From sequence record PV261925.1: a stretch of DNA of 64,000 nt. The stretch is one strand, 5' to 3'. The translations under genes and the position numbers were made by a program. Within the stretch, counting starts at the first letter, position 1, and every line of letters begins with the position of its first letter. The notes below the pieces were generated by a model. That model was not told the DNA's origin and did no database searches. It was given only the letters and a program-made list of their open reading frames with translations. This document shows, one piece after another, positions 47,292 to 54,270 of this stretch.

Positions 47292-47744
47292 TCAGATCAC
47301 ATGTATGCTCTCTATATGTGACACTGGTGAAGATTTACAGTAGAACTGTATATTTTTGTTGTATTTGGTTCTTCTTACAATTCTCTTCAATGCGTTGTAG
47401 TCGGTGTCATTATCTCTGGCCCATTTAGATAATTGATGACATTCAACCACATCACCGTTTCTAAACCTAATTCTATATGTCTTTGCATTAGGGTTGTTAT
47501 TCAACCCTTGTTCTACAAACTGTTTCTTATCTGTAAAAACATTGATACGTCCTAACACCCAACCGTCAGGTATTTCGTCTTCAAATACCATCTTATGTTC
47601 AAGTCCGTTATTTACCCATACAGACCCACGAACATACGACACACGGGCGTCATACACAGGTGTTAGTTCTTCTTCAGTCAGTGTAATTACTGACGGTCCA
47701 TCACATTCAAACGCGCGATTAAGACCTTCACAGTTCCAGTCCAT
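47292..47744 (-). CDS. Protein made of homing-endonuclease-type DNA-binding modules, no recognisable nuclease domain
   Basis: WVNNGLEHKMVFEDEIPDGWVLGR motif and YRIRFRNG...LSKWARDNDTDYNALKRIV helix motif. Confidence 0.55.
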   Translation of the reverse strand: MDWNCEGLNRAFECDGPSVITLTEEELTPVYDARVSYVRGSVWVNNGLEHKMVFEDEIPDGWVLGRINVFTDKKQFVEQGLNNNPNAKTYRIRFRNGDVVECHQLSKWARDNDTDYNALKRIVRRTKYNKNIQFYCKSSPVSHIESIHVI

Positions 47745-47752
47745 TCTTCTAT

Positions 47753-47814
47753 TGACAGGGGTAATTATATTTATACCATAAAATGGGTCTTACGTCAACC
47801 TAACACCCCTGCCA
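47753..47814 (-). promoter_or_regulatory. Hairpin enclosing sigma70-like and late promoters
   Basis: UGGCAGGGGU / ACCCCUGUCA arms; TTGACG-17-TATAAA (47770-47798); TAAATA (47768-47773). Confidence 0.7.
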
Positions 47815-47830
47815 TGTTGACCGCCCAATA

Positions 47831-47992
47831 TTATTGAACAGGAGTTTGTCTTGAAACTCGTTTGATTACATCTTTGGTAATCTCCTGTTTCATTTCTTCC
47901 TTTTCTCTTTCCTGTTCTTTCTTGTCTCTTTCAGCATCGATCTTAGCCTGAGCCTGTTGTGCCTTTGACTGAAATTGATTGTAGTTATTCAT
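47831..47992 (-). CDS. Small coiled-coil protein (53 aa)
   Basis: Hand translation MNNYNQFQSKAQQAQAKIDAERDKKEQEREKEEMKQEITKDVIKRVSRQTPVQ. Confidence 0.65.
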   Translation of the reverse strand: MNNYNQFQSKAQQAQAKIDAERDKKEQEREKEEMKQEITKDVIKRVSRQTPVQ

Positions 47993-48132
47993 GGCAATAC
48001 TACCCAGACTTTGTTACCATTTTTCATTGTAGTATGGTTATCAACATATTGTTTTGCTCTCACAATTGTCATACCATGGTTAGTTCTCAGATAAGATCTT
48101 GCTTCTGTGACTGTATTAAACAGTCGCATCAT
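47989..48132 (-). CDS. Small hypothetical protein (47 aa)
   Basis: Hand translation MMRLFNTVTEARSYLRTNHGMTIVRAKQYVDNHTTMKNGNKVWVVLP; ATGA overlap. Confidence 0.55.
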   Translation of the reverse strand: MMRLFNTVTEARSYLRTNHGMTIVRAKQYVDNHTTMKNGNKVWVVLP

Positions 48133-48140
48133 CTTCTGTG

Positions 48141-48803
48141 TCATTTTAGAGCCTTTGCAGCAGCATGTGCTTTTGCGGTCAGTTGAATTGCCTCTTTCTT
48201 GTTTGGTTTTCTACCATGTTTCTTCTCAAAGTCAGCACGAAGTTGTGACTTTACATCTTTTCTACTCTTACCTGTCTCTTTATTACGAGCAGCATCTCTT
48301 TCTTTTCTTGTCATACCACCACCATCGTCAGTCTTCCAACTACGACGTGCTTTTGCTGGTTCAGTCTTCTTAGGTTCTGCCTTCTTAGTCTTCAACATCT
48401 GAGTTGCTTTCTTTTCAGCATCTTTAGTTGATGTGGTGTCTTTCTTAACTTCAGTACCTGCCTTTCTTGCAGCAATACGTGCTCTTGCTGCTGCCTTTCT
48501 TTCTGCCTTTGCCTTATCCGCATAAGTTTGTTTGACTTCTGCAGAACCACGTTCTTTTTCAGGTTGTTGTTCTCTTTCAGAACGTGCCTTAGTTGTACCT
48601 ACGTCTTTACGAGTCTTATATTCACCAACAGGTGCCATCTTACCACCACCAACTGCCTTCATTCGTGGTGATTGACCAGCCTTTCTTCTTGTTTCAGTTT
48701 CTCTCTTAGGTTGTTTCCTACCACCTTCACCAGTTCTACGAATCTGTGCACCTTTGAGGTCAGGATCGTATGCTTCTGATAGGAAATCTCTTAATGTTTT
48801 CAT
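48141..48803 (-). CDS. Highly basic late protein, candidate capsid internal protein
   Basis: 220 aa Lys/Arg-rich; N-terminus MKTLRDFLSE|A resembles the T4 capsid targeting sequence; late promoter upstream. Confidence 0.55.
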   Translation of the reverse strand: MKTLRDFLSEAYDPDLKGAQIRRTGEGGRKQPKRETETRRKAGQSPRMKAVGGGKMAPVGEYKTRKDVGTTKARSEREQQPEKERGSAEVKQTYADKAKAERKAAARARIAARKAGTEVKKDTTSTKDAEKKATQMLKTKKAEPKKTEPAKARRSWKTDDGGGMTRKERDAARNKETGKSRKDVKSQLRADFEKKHGRKPNKKEAIQLTAKAHAAAKALK

Positions 48804-48991
48804 TCTTCTACGACCGTAGCATTTTTGAACCCACCAGTCTTACCATCAACGTTGGCAACCTTTGCATCTAAACCCTCACGGGTTGCATAAGTTACTTTTT
48901 CTGATGATTGATCAGACCATCTATTACCACCAGCATAATATACTGTAATACTAGGATCAATCAATGATGGTTTAGTTGCGTAAAAGGCCAT
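48800..48991 (-). CDS. Small conserved late protein
   Basis: 63 aa, TVYYAGGNRWSD...GGFKNATVVEE; GGAGG-like RBS and TAAATA at 49014-49019. Confidence 0.75.
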   Translation of the reverse strand: MAFYATKPSLIDPSITVYYAGGNRWSDQSSEKVTYATREGLDAKVANVDGKTGGFKNATVVEE

Positions 48992-49034
48992 GATTGGAGG
49001 GTGATAATATGATTATTTATCACCCTTGGTATTA

Positions 49035-49211
49035 TCAGGAGAAGAAACAGTCAGGTACCGACAAGTCTTCCACATAAGCCTCGATAGATTCATTACCCTG
49101 AACATCAAGAACTTTTTCCCAATCGATATTATGAGGATTGAAATCGTCCATTACATCTAACTCGAGCGTGACACGATACTTGGTCTTTTGAGGAAGATAA
49201 GTGGCAGACAT
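49035..49211 (-). CDS. Small acidic hypothetical protein (58 aa)
   Basis: Hand translation MSATYLPQKTKYRVTLELDVMDDFNPHNIDWEKVLDVQGNESIEAYVEDLSVPDCFFS; GGAG RBS. Confidence 0.72.
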   Translation of the reverse strand: MSATYLPQKTKYRVTLELDVMDDFNPHNIDWEKVLDVQGNESIEAYVEDLSVPDCFFS

Positions 49212-49237
49212 GAGAACTCCTGATTGACTACCTTAAA

Positions 49238-49266
49238 ACTATAGTCTATTTAGGAGCAGGTGTCAA
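49238..49266 (-). promoter_or_regulatory. Sigma70-type promoter with nested late TAAATA
   Basis: TTGACA-17 nt-TATAGT, spacer contains CTAAATAG. Confidence 0.78.
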
Positions 49267-49449
49267 GGGAATCGTGCCAGTGTTACAACTGTCTACTGAG
49301 TTCCAGTGACGTGCGACACCAGCGACAATAAAACAGTTTGTGATGAAATAAGTAACAAAAACCACAGTCCTAATGACAGCGATATAATCAGCTTCCCGAT
49401 CCGTTCGTCCATCTTTTCTACCTAATGCAAGTGACCATATTCTCCACAT
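49246..49449 (-). CDS. Conserved small membrane protein
   Basis: MWRIWSLALGRK...EADYIAVIRTVVFVTYFITNCFIVAGVARHW. Confidence 0.75.
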   Translation of the reverse strand: MWRIWSLALGRKDGRTDREADYIAVIRTVVFVTYFITNCFIVAGVARHWNSVDSCNTGTIPLTPAPK

Positions 49450-49676
49450 TACCAGCCAGGAGGAACGACGACAATATCTTTATAGTAATCCATATTATAC
49501 CAATAACAATCTAAAAGACGAAGTTCATCTGTGGGATTAAGAATATCGTATGGATTTAACTGAGTAAATTCACTACAATGTTGAATAATTTCTTGTGGAA
49601 CTTCAATCTCTCTCCAAGTAATTGGTTCTTGAATATAAATTGGAATCATTTGATGTAACCATTTTCTAACAACCAC
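49449..49676 (-). CDS. Small hypothetical protein (start probably MIPIYIQEP)
   Basis: ORF with TAATG coupling to the next gene. Confidence 0.55.
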   Translation of the reverse strand: MVVRKWLHQMIPIYIQEPITWREIEVPQEIIQHCSEFTQLNPYDILNPTDELRLLDCYWYNMDYYKDIVVVPPGW

Positions 49677-50320
49677 TCTTTAGTCTTTGGTGTTGGTGTA
49701 TATGTTTCCCACATATTACCTTTGGCACAAGCAGTCAATGCTTTTTGTGTCATTCCTTCAGTACGTCCTGCCCATTGTGCTTCTGCCTCCCAGGGCACTG
49801 CGGATGCGGGATAGGTACGTTCAACCATCACACGCCACAACATAGGAACATCTTCCTCTGGCAAAATAATGGCGATCAAACTATTCTTGATTGTTCCAGC
49901 CATACAATCCTGTGCAGCATGCCATCCTTCATGTCTCATCAACTGCATCAAGACACTTGGATCACCCATGTAATCTTTATTCAGGTAGAAATTATTAGTT
50001 ACAGTGTGATATACACCACGATGATTCTTTGGAAAATATTTTTGATCTGCTAGATATACATTGACACCAATTTGATTCAGTGTCATCAACAGAGTATTAA
50101 ACTCAAGAGAAACTGATGAAAATTCTTCAGTGTTAGGGTACTGACTTGAAATATCGAGAAGACTAAAGACTTCATTCACGTCTTTTGTACACTCTCTTAC
50201 AATCATACAACCCATGGCATCCATGGTATTGTACCCTTTAGTAATCTTTGTCTCATTAGCCATTGCTGGAGGGACGATCAACAGTGATAGTCCTAATAAA
50301 ACATTGCGAATTTTCATCAT
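49646..50320 (-). CDS. Signal-peptide-bearing HExxH zincin-like protein
   Basis: Hydrophobic signal (VLLGLSLLIVPPAMA); MRHEGWHAAQDC; WEAEA. Confidence 0.72.
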   Translation of the reverse strand: MMKIRNVLLGLSLLIVPPAMANETKITKGYNTMDAMGCMIVRECTKDVNEVFSLLDISSQYPNTEEFSSVSLEFNTLLMTLNQIGVNVYLADQKYFPKNHRGVYHTVTNNFYLNKDYMGDPSVLMQLMRHEGWHAAQDCMAGTIKNSLIAIILPEEDVPMLWRVMVERTYPASAVPWEAEAQWAGRTEGMTQKALTACAKGNMWETYTPTPKTKEWLLENGYIK

Positions 50321-50576
50321 TAGATTCTCTCGTTTTAATATATTCTAATTCATCCCAAAATTGTGATTGACAGACGACTAGAATGTGATCATTACAGTGT
50401 AACTTATTTTTGACAATATTACAATAGGGTTTAGGTTTGACACCAACTTCAATGGTAATATAGTCATCACACTTGAAATATACCCAACCCTCATCACACA
50501 AATTATTGTGATGCCACTTCACATAATCATTAACCTGAACATCAAATGTTTTCATTGTGGATATTTGGTGCTCCAA
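50256..50576 (-). CDS. Conserved hypothetical protein (start probably MKTFDVQ)
   Basis: VNDYVKW...EGWVYFKCDDYITIEVGVKPK. Confidence 0.6.
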   Translation of the reverse strand: MEHQISTMKTFDVQVNDYVKWHHNNLCDEGWVYFKCDDYITIEVGVKPKPYCNIVKNKLHCNDHILVVCQSQFWDELEYIKTRESNDENSQCFIRTITVDRPSSNG

Positions 50577-50745
50577 TAAGAGAAATTGTTTCTTGTTGTT
50601 TGAAGTACAGTTTAACGTAACAACGAAGAGCTTCTTTTAACACTACTACATCACTACATTCATCAATATCACGTGAAATCTTCTCGTATGCAAACGATTT
50701 AGATGGTGATTCTAATGTGATTTGTGATGGGTCTAAGTCTTTCAT
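50542..50745 (-). CDS. Conserved small hypothetical protein
   Basis: ITLESPSKSFAYEKISRDID...YVKLYFKQQE. Confidence 0.72.
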   Translation of the reverse strand: MKDLDPSQITLESPSKSFAYEKISRDIDECSDVVVLKEALRCYVKLYFKQQETISLIGAPNIHNENI

Positions 50746-51035
50746 TGAAATGCTGACATGAGTGGATTGAGGTTCAACTGCATGGCAGAATACGGTGTTG
50801 TGTCTTCTGGTTTTACAATTTTACCTATTTTGTCTTTGTGAATAGGAGCTTTAAATTGTTTAGTCTTTTGACAGAAAAAACCCCATACTGATTTAGGATG
50901 TGGATCTGAACATCCTACGAATTCATATTTACAATTACGAATCCAAATGCGAATTACAGTTTTCGAAAATTGATCGGTCTCGTATTTGAAACCTTCAGGA
51001 CACTTGTGAGGAAATTTCATAATCACGTTCTTCAT
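50742..51035 (-). CDS. Conserved hypothetical protein
   Basis: FPHKCPEGFKY...SVWGFF...TTPYSAMQLNLNPL. Confidence 0.75.
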   Translation of the reverse strand: MKNVIMKFPHKCPEGFKYETDQFSKTVIRIWIRNCKYEFVGCSDPHPKSVWGFFCQKTKQFKAPIHKDKIGKIVKPEDTTPYSAMQLNLNPLMSAFQ

Positions 51036-51228
51036 TTTGATAAGAGTACAGAAGATCTAACATCTTCCGACGCCATTCCATCAATTCTTCGAAACATTCC
51101 TGATTGTGAGCACAACCACGAAGTTTACTGTCTGGTTTGAGGACACTCTCAATCATAAGACCAAGAGCTCTTTTTTCAGGATCAGTCATCGAAAACTTTA
51201 CATTGTGGAGCTGAGGGGTGGGTATCAC
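50995..51228 (-). CDS. Small hypothetical protein (start probably MTDPEKRAL)
   Basis: ESVLKPDSKLRGCAHNQECFEELMEWR. Confidence 0.6.
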   Translation of the reverse strand: MIPTPQLHNVKFSMTDPEKRALGLMIESVLKPDSKLRGCAHNQECFEELMEWRRKMLDLLYSYQNEERDYEISSQVS

Positions 51229-51382
51229 AAAAACTATCTAATTGTTTGTCTTTGTGACGTTCATGCCAATCATCAATCTTCCCTGAATTTGGGTCTACCT
51301 CATCTTCTGAATGAGGTTCATTTGCGTGAAAATCAACTTCGTACTCTGCGTACTTATCGTTGGGATCGTTTTCTTTTGTCAT
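51182..51382 (-). CDS. CP12-like C-terminal small acidic protein
   Basis: Ends LDSFCDTHPSAPQCKVFDD, resembling the CP12 C-terminal C-x8-C loop; N-terminal part does not look like canonical CP12. Confidence 0.45.
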   Translation of the reverse strand: MTKENDPNDKYAEYEVDFHANEPHSEDEVDPNSGKIDDWHERHKDKQLDSFCDTHPSAPQCKVFDD

Positions 51383-51612
51383 GTTAGGAAACTCTCTACA
51401 ACTTCAGATGGTGCATCACCAACCAATTCATATTTATTTGAATGACTGATGTTCTCCCTGAGTTTACCATAAAATTCAGGATATAACTCATTATCTGCTG
51501 ATGTAATCAAATCAAAACATTCCTCATCATCAGATGCTCTGACTACCCACAAACCACCATATTCTGATTGTGGAAAGGGTACATAATGATCCACAGTGTA
51601 GAGGTACTTCAT
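51379..51612 (-). CDS. Conserved small hypothetical protein
   Basis: YLYTVDHYVPFPQSEYGGLWVV...ECFDLI. Confidence 0.75.
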   Translation of the reverse strand: MKYLYTVDHYVPFPQSEYGGLWVVRASDDEECFDLITSADNELYPEFYGKLRENISHSNKYELVGDAPSEVVESFLT

Positions 51613-51634
51613 TTACTCCTGTAATTTTTCGTAA

Positions 51635-51663
51635 ACTATAGTTGATTTATACAGAAATGTCAA
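51635..51663 (-). promoter_or_regulatory. Sigma70-type promoter
   Basis: TTGACA-17 nt-TATAGT upstream of 51379..51612. Confidence 0.75.
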
Positions 51664-51811
51664 GACATTTCATTTGACGTTCAAATTCATATTTGAGTTT
51701 ATACAATTTACTTTGAATATAACTTTCATACTCCATCTCCTCGGTTAATGCAAGAAGATTTTCCACTTGAGCATGTGCAATCACAAGTTTTTGTTTCGGG
51801 TCGAGTTTCAT
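51647..51811 (-). CDS. Small hypothetical protein (54 aa)
   Basis: MKLDPKQKLVIAHAQVENL...YELKYEFERQ-type; start moved to ATG 51811. Confidence 0.6.
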   Translation of the reverse strand: MKLDPKQKLVIAHAQVENLLALTEEMEYESYIQSKLYKLKYEFERQMKCLDISV

Positions 51812-51953
51812 TATTTTGAAGTTTTTGAACAAGGTAATCTGCGAATGCCTCCATCCGATCAGGATGAATGGCGGTGATACTTGCCTCTTTGACAGCAATT
51901 TCCATTGAATCAATCTCTTTCTTTGAGAGATCATTTCCCTTAGGCATTGTCAT
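51726..51953 (-). CDS. Small hypothetical protein
   Basis: DSMEIAVKE...AIHPDRMEAFADYLVQKL; 3' part overlaps next gene. Confidence 0.6.
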   Translation of the reverse strand: MTMPKGNDLSKKEIDSMEIAVKEASITAIHPDRMEAFADYLVQKLQNNETRPETKTCDCTCSSGKSSCINRGDGV

Positions 51954-51964
51954 GGAATCAACAC

Positions 51965-52108
51965 TCAGTTGTTGAAATATTTACATATTTCAGAGTATAG
52001 GTCTACCTTTTTGTAAGTCTTCTTTACATTGTGGTAGGGATGAAATCTTTTCTTCCATCCTTCCTCCTCTGAAGTCTCTAATTCCTTACGAATCTCTTCG
52101 TAATTCAT
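51965..52108 (-). CDS. Small hypothetical protein (47 aa)
   Basis: Hand translation MNYEEIRKELETSEEEGWKKRFHPYHNVKRDLQKGRPILEICKYFNN; ATGA overlap. Confidence 0.5.
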   Translation of the reverse strand: MNYEEIRKELETSEEEGWKKRFHPYHNVKKTYKKVDLYSEICKYFNN

Positions 52109-52299
52109 TTGATCACCATCCAGTTAGGGTCATTTTGTTTTTGAAACCAGAAACTGTAATTTCCAGTAATAGAACTCAGGAACATACTGTCCTCTTTCTC
52201 TTGTTCTACACGACAACTGTGTAGTTCATTCATTAGATTTGCAAATCGGTTCTTTGCTTTATTTGATTTTGGTTGTACACAAATGAACTTGGTCTTCAT
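52105..52299 (-). CDS. Conserved small hypothetical protein
   Basis: KFICVQPKSNKAKNRFANLM...MFLSSITGNY. Confidence 0.75.
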   Translation of the reverse strand: MKTKFICVQPKSNKAKNRFANLMNELHSCRVEQEKEDSMFLSSITGNYSFWFQKQNDPNWMVIK

Positions 52300-52342
52300 G
52301 GTCTTAATAACTTAAAGGATCCTCATCTTCCAGGACAAGCCT

Positions 52343-52371
52343 ATTCTAGTCCTGATTGTTGTACTTGTCAA
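52343..52371 (-). promoter_or_regulatory. Sigma70-type promoter
   Basis: TTGACA-17 nt-TAGAAT upstream of 52105..52299. Confidence 0.72.
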
Positions 52372-52684
52372 GTAACAAGTTTTCTGATAGATTAGCACAT
52401 ATCTCACATCGTGGAATACCCATCAAATGTTGGTACATGTGATAACACTCATGGAGTAATGTCTTAGTGTGTTCATCACCCCTTAGATTTTCATCGATTT
52501 GAATGACAAACTCATTGTCTTGTTCTCTCATACACCAACCATCAACACCTTCATCAGATAGGTCCATATAGACCACTGTAAGGTCTACACCATGGTCAGA
52601 CAGATATTCTGTCATGAACCACTCTAGAAGGGGTTTACAAGACGGTACAGGTGTAAATGACGGGACAACTTCAATAGAATGCAT
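52346..52684 (-). CDS. Small HExxH zincin-like protein
   Basis: DGWC...IQID...TLLHECYHMYQH; start moved to ATG 52684. Confidence 0.65.
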   Translation of the reverse strand: MHSIEVVPSFTPVPSCKPLLEWFMTEYLSDHGVDLTVVYMDLSDEGVDGWCMREQDNEFVIQIDENLRGDEHTKTLLHECYHMYQHLMGIPRCEICANLSENLLLDKYNNQD

Positions 52685-52772
52685 GTGACAATCCTTGATA
52701 GACAACTCTGGTACCCCAATTCATCATCCACATAAAGGATGCGATGAATATTAGTTTGTGTGTGGTGGTCAT
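52671..52772 (-). CDS. Small hydrophobic protein (33 aa)
   Basis: Hand translation MTTTHKLIFIASFMWMMNWGTRVVYQGLSHAFY; AGGGAG RBS. Confidence 0.6.
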   Translation of the reverse strand: MTTTHKLIFIASFMWMMNWGTRVVYQGLSHAFY

Positions 52773-52793
52773 CTCCCTTAGGTAACTGAGCAT

Positions 52794-52850
52794 ACTATAA
52801 GACCTCCAGAGGTCATCTGGAGGTCAGGTGTGACAGTTTGTCAAGTGGTT
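52794..52850 (-). promoter_or_regulatory. Early-promoter-like element with 10-bp inverted repeat
   Basis: Minus strand ACCACTTGACAAACTGTCACAC, then GACCTCCAGA-N5-TCTGGAGGTC, then TATAGT. Confidence 0.6.
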
Positions 52851-52933
52851 TCGGATAATCCAGAGGATAAAACAGGTTTAGACATAGTTTTTAGCCGTTG
52901 CGGGATAGATTTTAAGATAATCCGTTTGTAATT

Positions 52934-53881
52934 TTATTCGGTATAATACTCGATCTGCGTGCGTAATTGAGTATTAGTTGAGCTAGTTAAATGCTGGTAA
53001 TCTAGTTGGTCGTAGCCTGTATCGTTAAGGTCACAACCAAAAAAAGCAATAGTAGTATTGCTATCTATGTAAGAAATAAGAAAATCTCTTGTCATGCTAA
53101 CAAAACGCAAAAACACAGGACCAACATTTTGCTGTGAATAGCTTGCCCTAGCAAACGGTAGCCCGCCAATTGTGACACCATCAGTACTGGTAATGTTGCT
53201 GAATTGATAAAAAATACCGCTAATACTTACTTTATTTCCAATTTTTATGTAACGACATTGAGCGTTGTTTGTGTTTAAAGTTCCTTGTGTTACCGTTGGC
53301 GTCCAAGTGCCTTCCTCATAGTCATCGAGTACTTCACTGGTCGTAGTTCCACTGCCATCAGCAGTCGCAGAGAAGTCAATACCACCACCACTAGGGAATT
53401 TTAAGTCTCCACCAGTTGTAAATCTGGCTATTTCAGAACCACCAGTACCAGCATCATTTCTGGTTCTGAAGACCATTTCTGCATCATTTGAAGGGTTTCC
53501 ACCTACTACAATTTCCCATGATGTATTATCTACATTTGCATTTCTAGCCTGAAGTCTGATTGCAACGTCAGAATTTTGTGATATATGTAAAGCTTTTGTT
53601 GGTTCTTCAGTACCAATACCTACGTTGCCACTTGAATCTACACGAACTCTCTCAGTTCCATTAGTATTAAATGCGAGTTCATTATCAGCAGGGTTAGTAA
53701 CAGTTGCTCCAGTACCGACTCCAAGTGATTGTAATGATGTAATCTGATTCACAGTAATATTACTATTCGAATCAATATCAGCATTTATTGTTGCAATTCC
53801 ACTGATGACTGCACCATTAGGAAATGTAGGAGCTCCAGTACCAGCACCATTGACAATGTTATTGGCTCTTATTCTAGACAT
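52934..53881 (-). CDS. Tail-fibre/adhesin-like protein (GTGAPTF N-module + LDDYEEG C-module)
   Basis: TERVRVDSSGNVGIGT fibre repeat; GIDFSA...LDDYEEGTWTP...YIKIGNKV; late promoter 53889-53903. Confidence 0.75.
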   Translation of the reverse strand: MSRIRANNIVNGAGTGAPTFPNGAVISGIATINADIDSNSNITVNQITSLQSLGVGTGATVTNPADNELAFNTNGTERVRVDSSGNVGIGTEEPTKALHISQNSDVAIRLQARNANVDNTSWEIVVGGNPSNDAEMVFRTRNDAGTGGSEIARFTTGGDLKFPSGGGIDFSATADGSGTTTSEVLDDYEEGTWTPTVTQGTLNTNNAQCRYIKIGNKVSISGIFYQFSNITSTDGVTIGGLPFARASYSQQNVGPVFLRFVSMTRDFLISYIDSNTTIAFFGCDLNDTGYDQLDYQHLTSSTNTQLRTQIEYYTE

Positions 53882-53888
53882 CTGAAGA

Positions 53889-53903
53889 CTTTTTAGTTAT
53901 TTA
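53889..53903 (-). promoter_or_regulatory. T4-type late promoter, extended TAAATAACTAAAAAG
   Basis: TAA doubles as the stop codon of 53901..54269. Confidence 0.75.
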
Positions 53904-54269
53904 GAGAGAAGAATTGTACTTATCAACTTCTTCTTGAACCCAATCAGGAATTGGACCAATAGAAGTTCCACCAGTGATGGTCTTTGGATACTTATCTTTA
54001 ATTCCTTGAATAGTATCTTTCCAAGTAGTGGTCCCATTTACTTGATCATGGAACTGCATATCTAATTGATCCTCACGAGATGGATATTCTTGTCGTCTAA
54101 GTTCGGAATAAGAAGGTTCAATAACATCAGGACCTTCAACTATACCTAATCCATCATTCGATATATCTTCAAGAAATTTGTTGAAATAACGATTATCTCC
54201 CACTTTAAAAAATACGTTTTTGGAGATAAGTTGAATTACCTTTAAATTTTGTTCTATAATTTTATACAT
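53901..54269 (-). CDS. Putative tail-fibre assembly chaperone-like protein
   Basis: ELRRQEYPSREDQLDM...WKDTIQGIKDKYPK; directly follows a fibre gene. Confidence 0.6.
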   Translation of the reverse strand: MYKIIEQNLKVIQLISKNVFFKVGDNRYFNKFLEDISNDGLGIVEGPDVIEPSYSELRRQEYPSREDQLDMQFHDQVNGTTTWKDTIQGIKDKYPKTITGGTSIGPIPDWVQEEVDKYNSSL

Positions 54270-54270
54270 T

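Noticed and set aside
47959-48186. 75-aa ORF from the track (listed as +)
   Set aside because: Region is better explained by two coupled minus-strand ORFs, 47989..48132 and 47831..47992.
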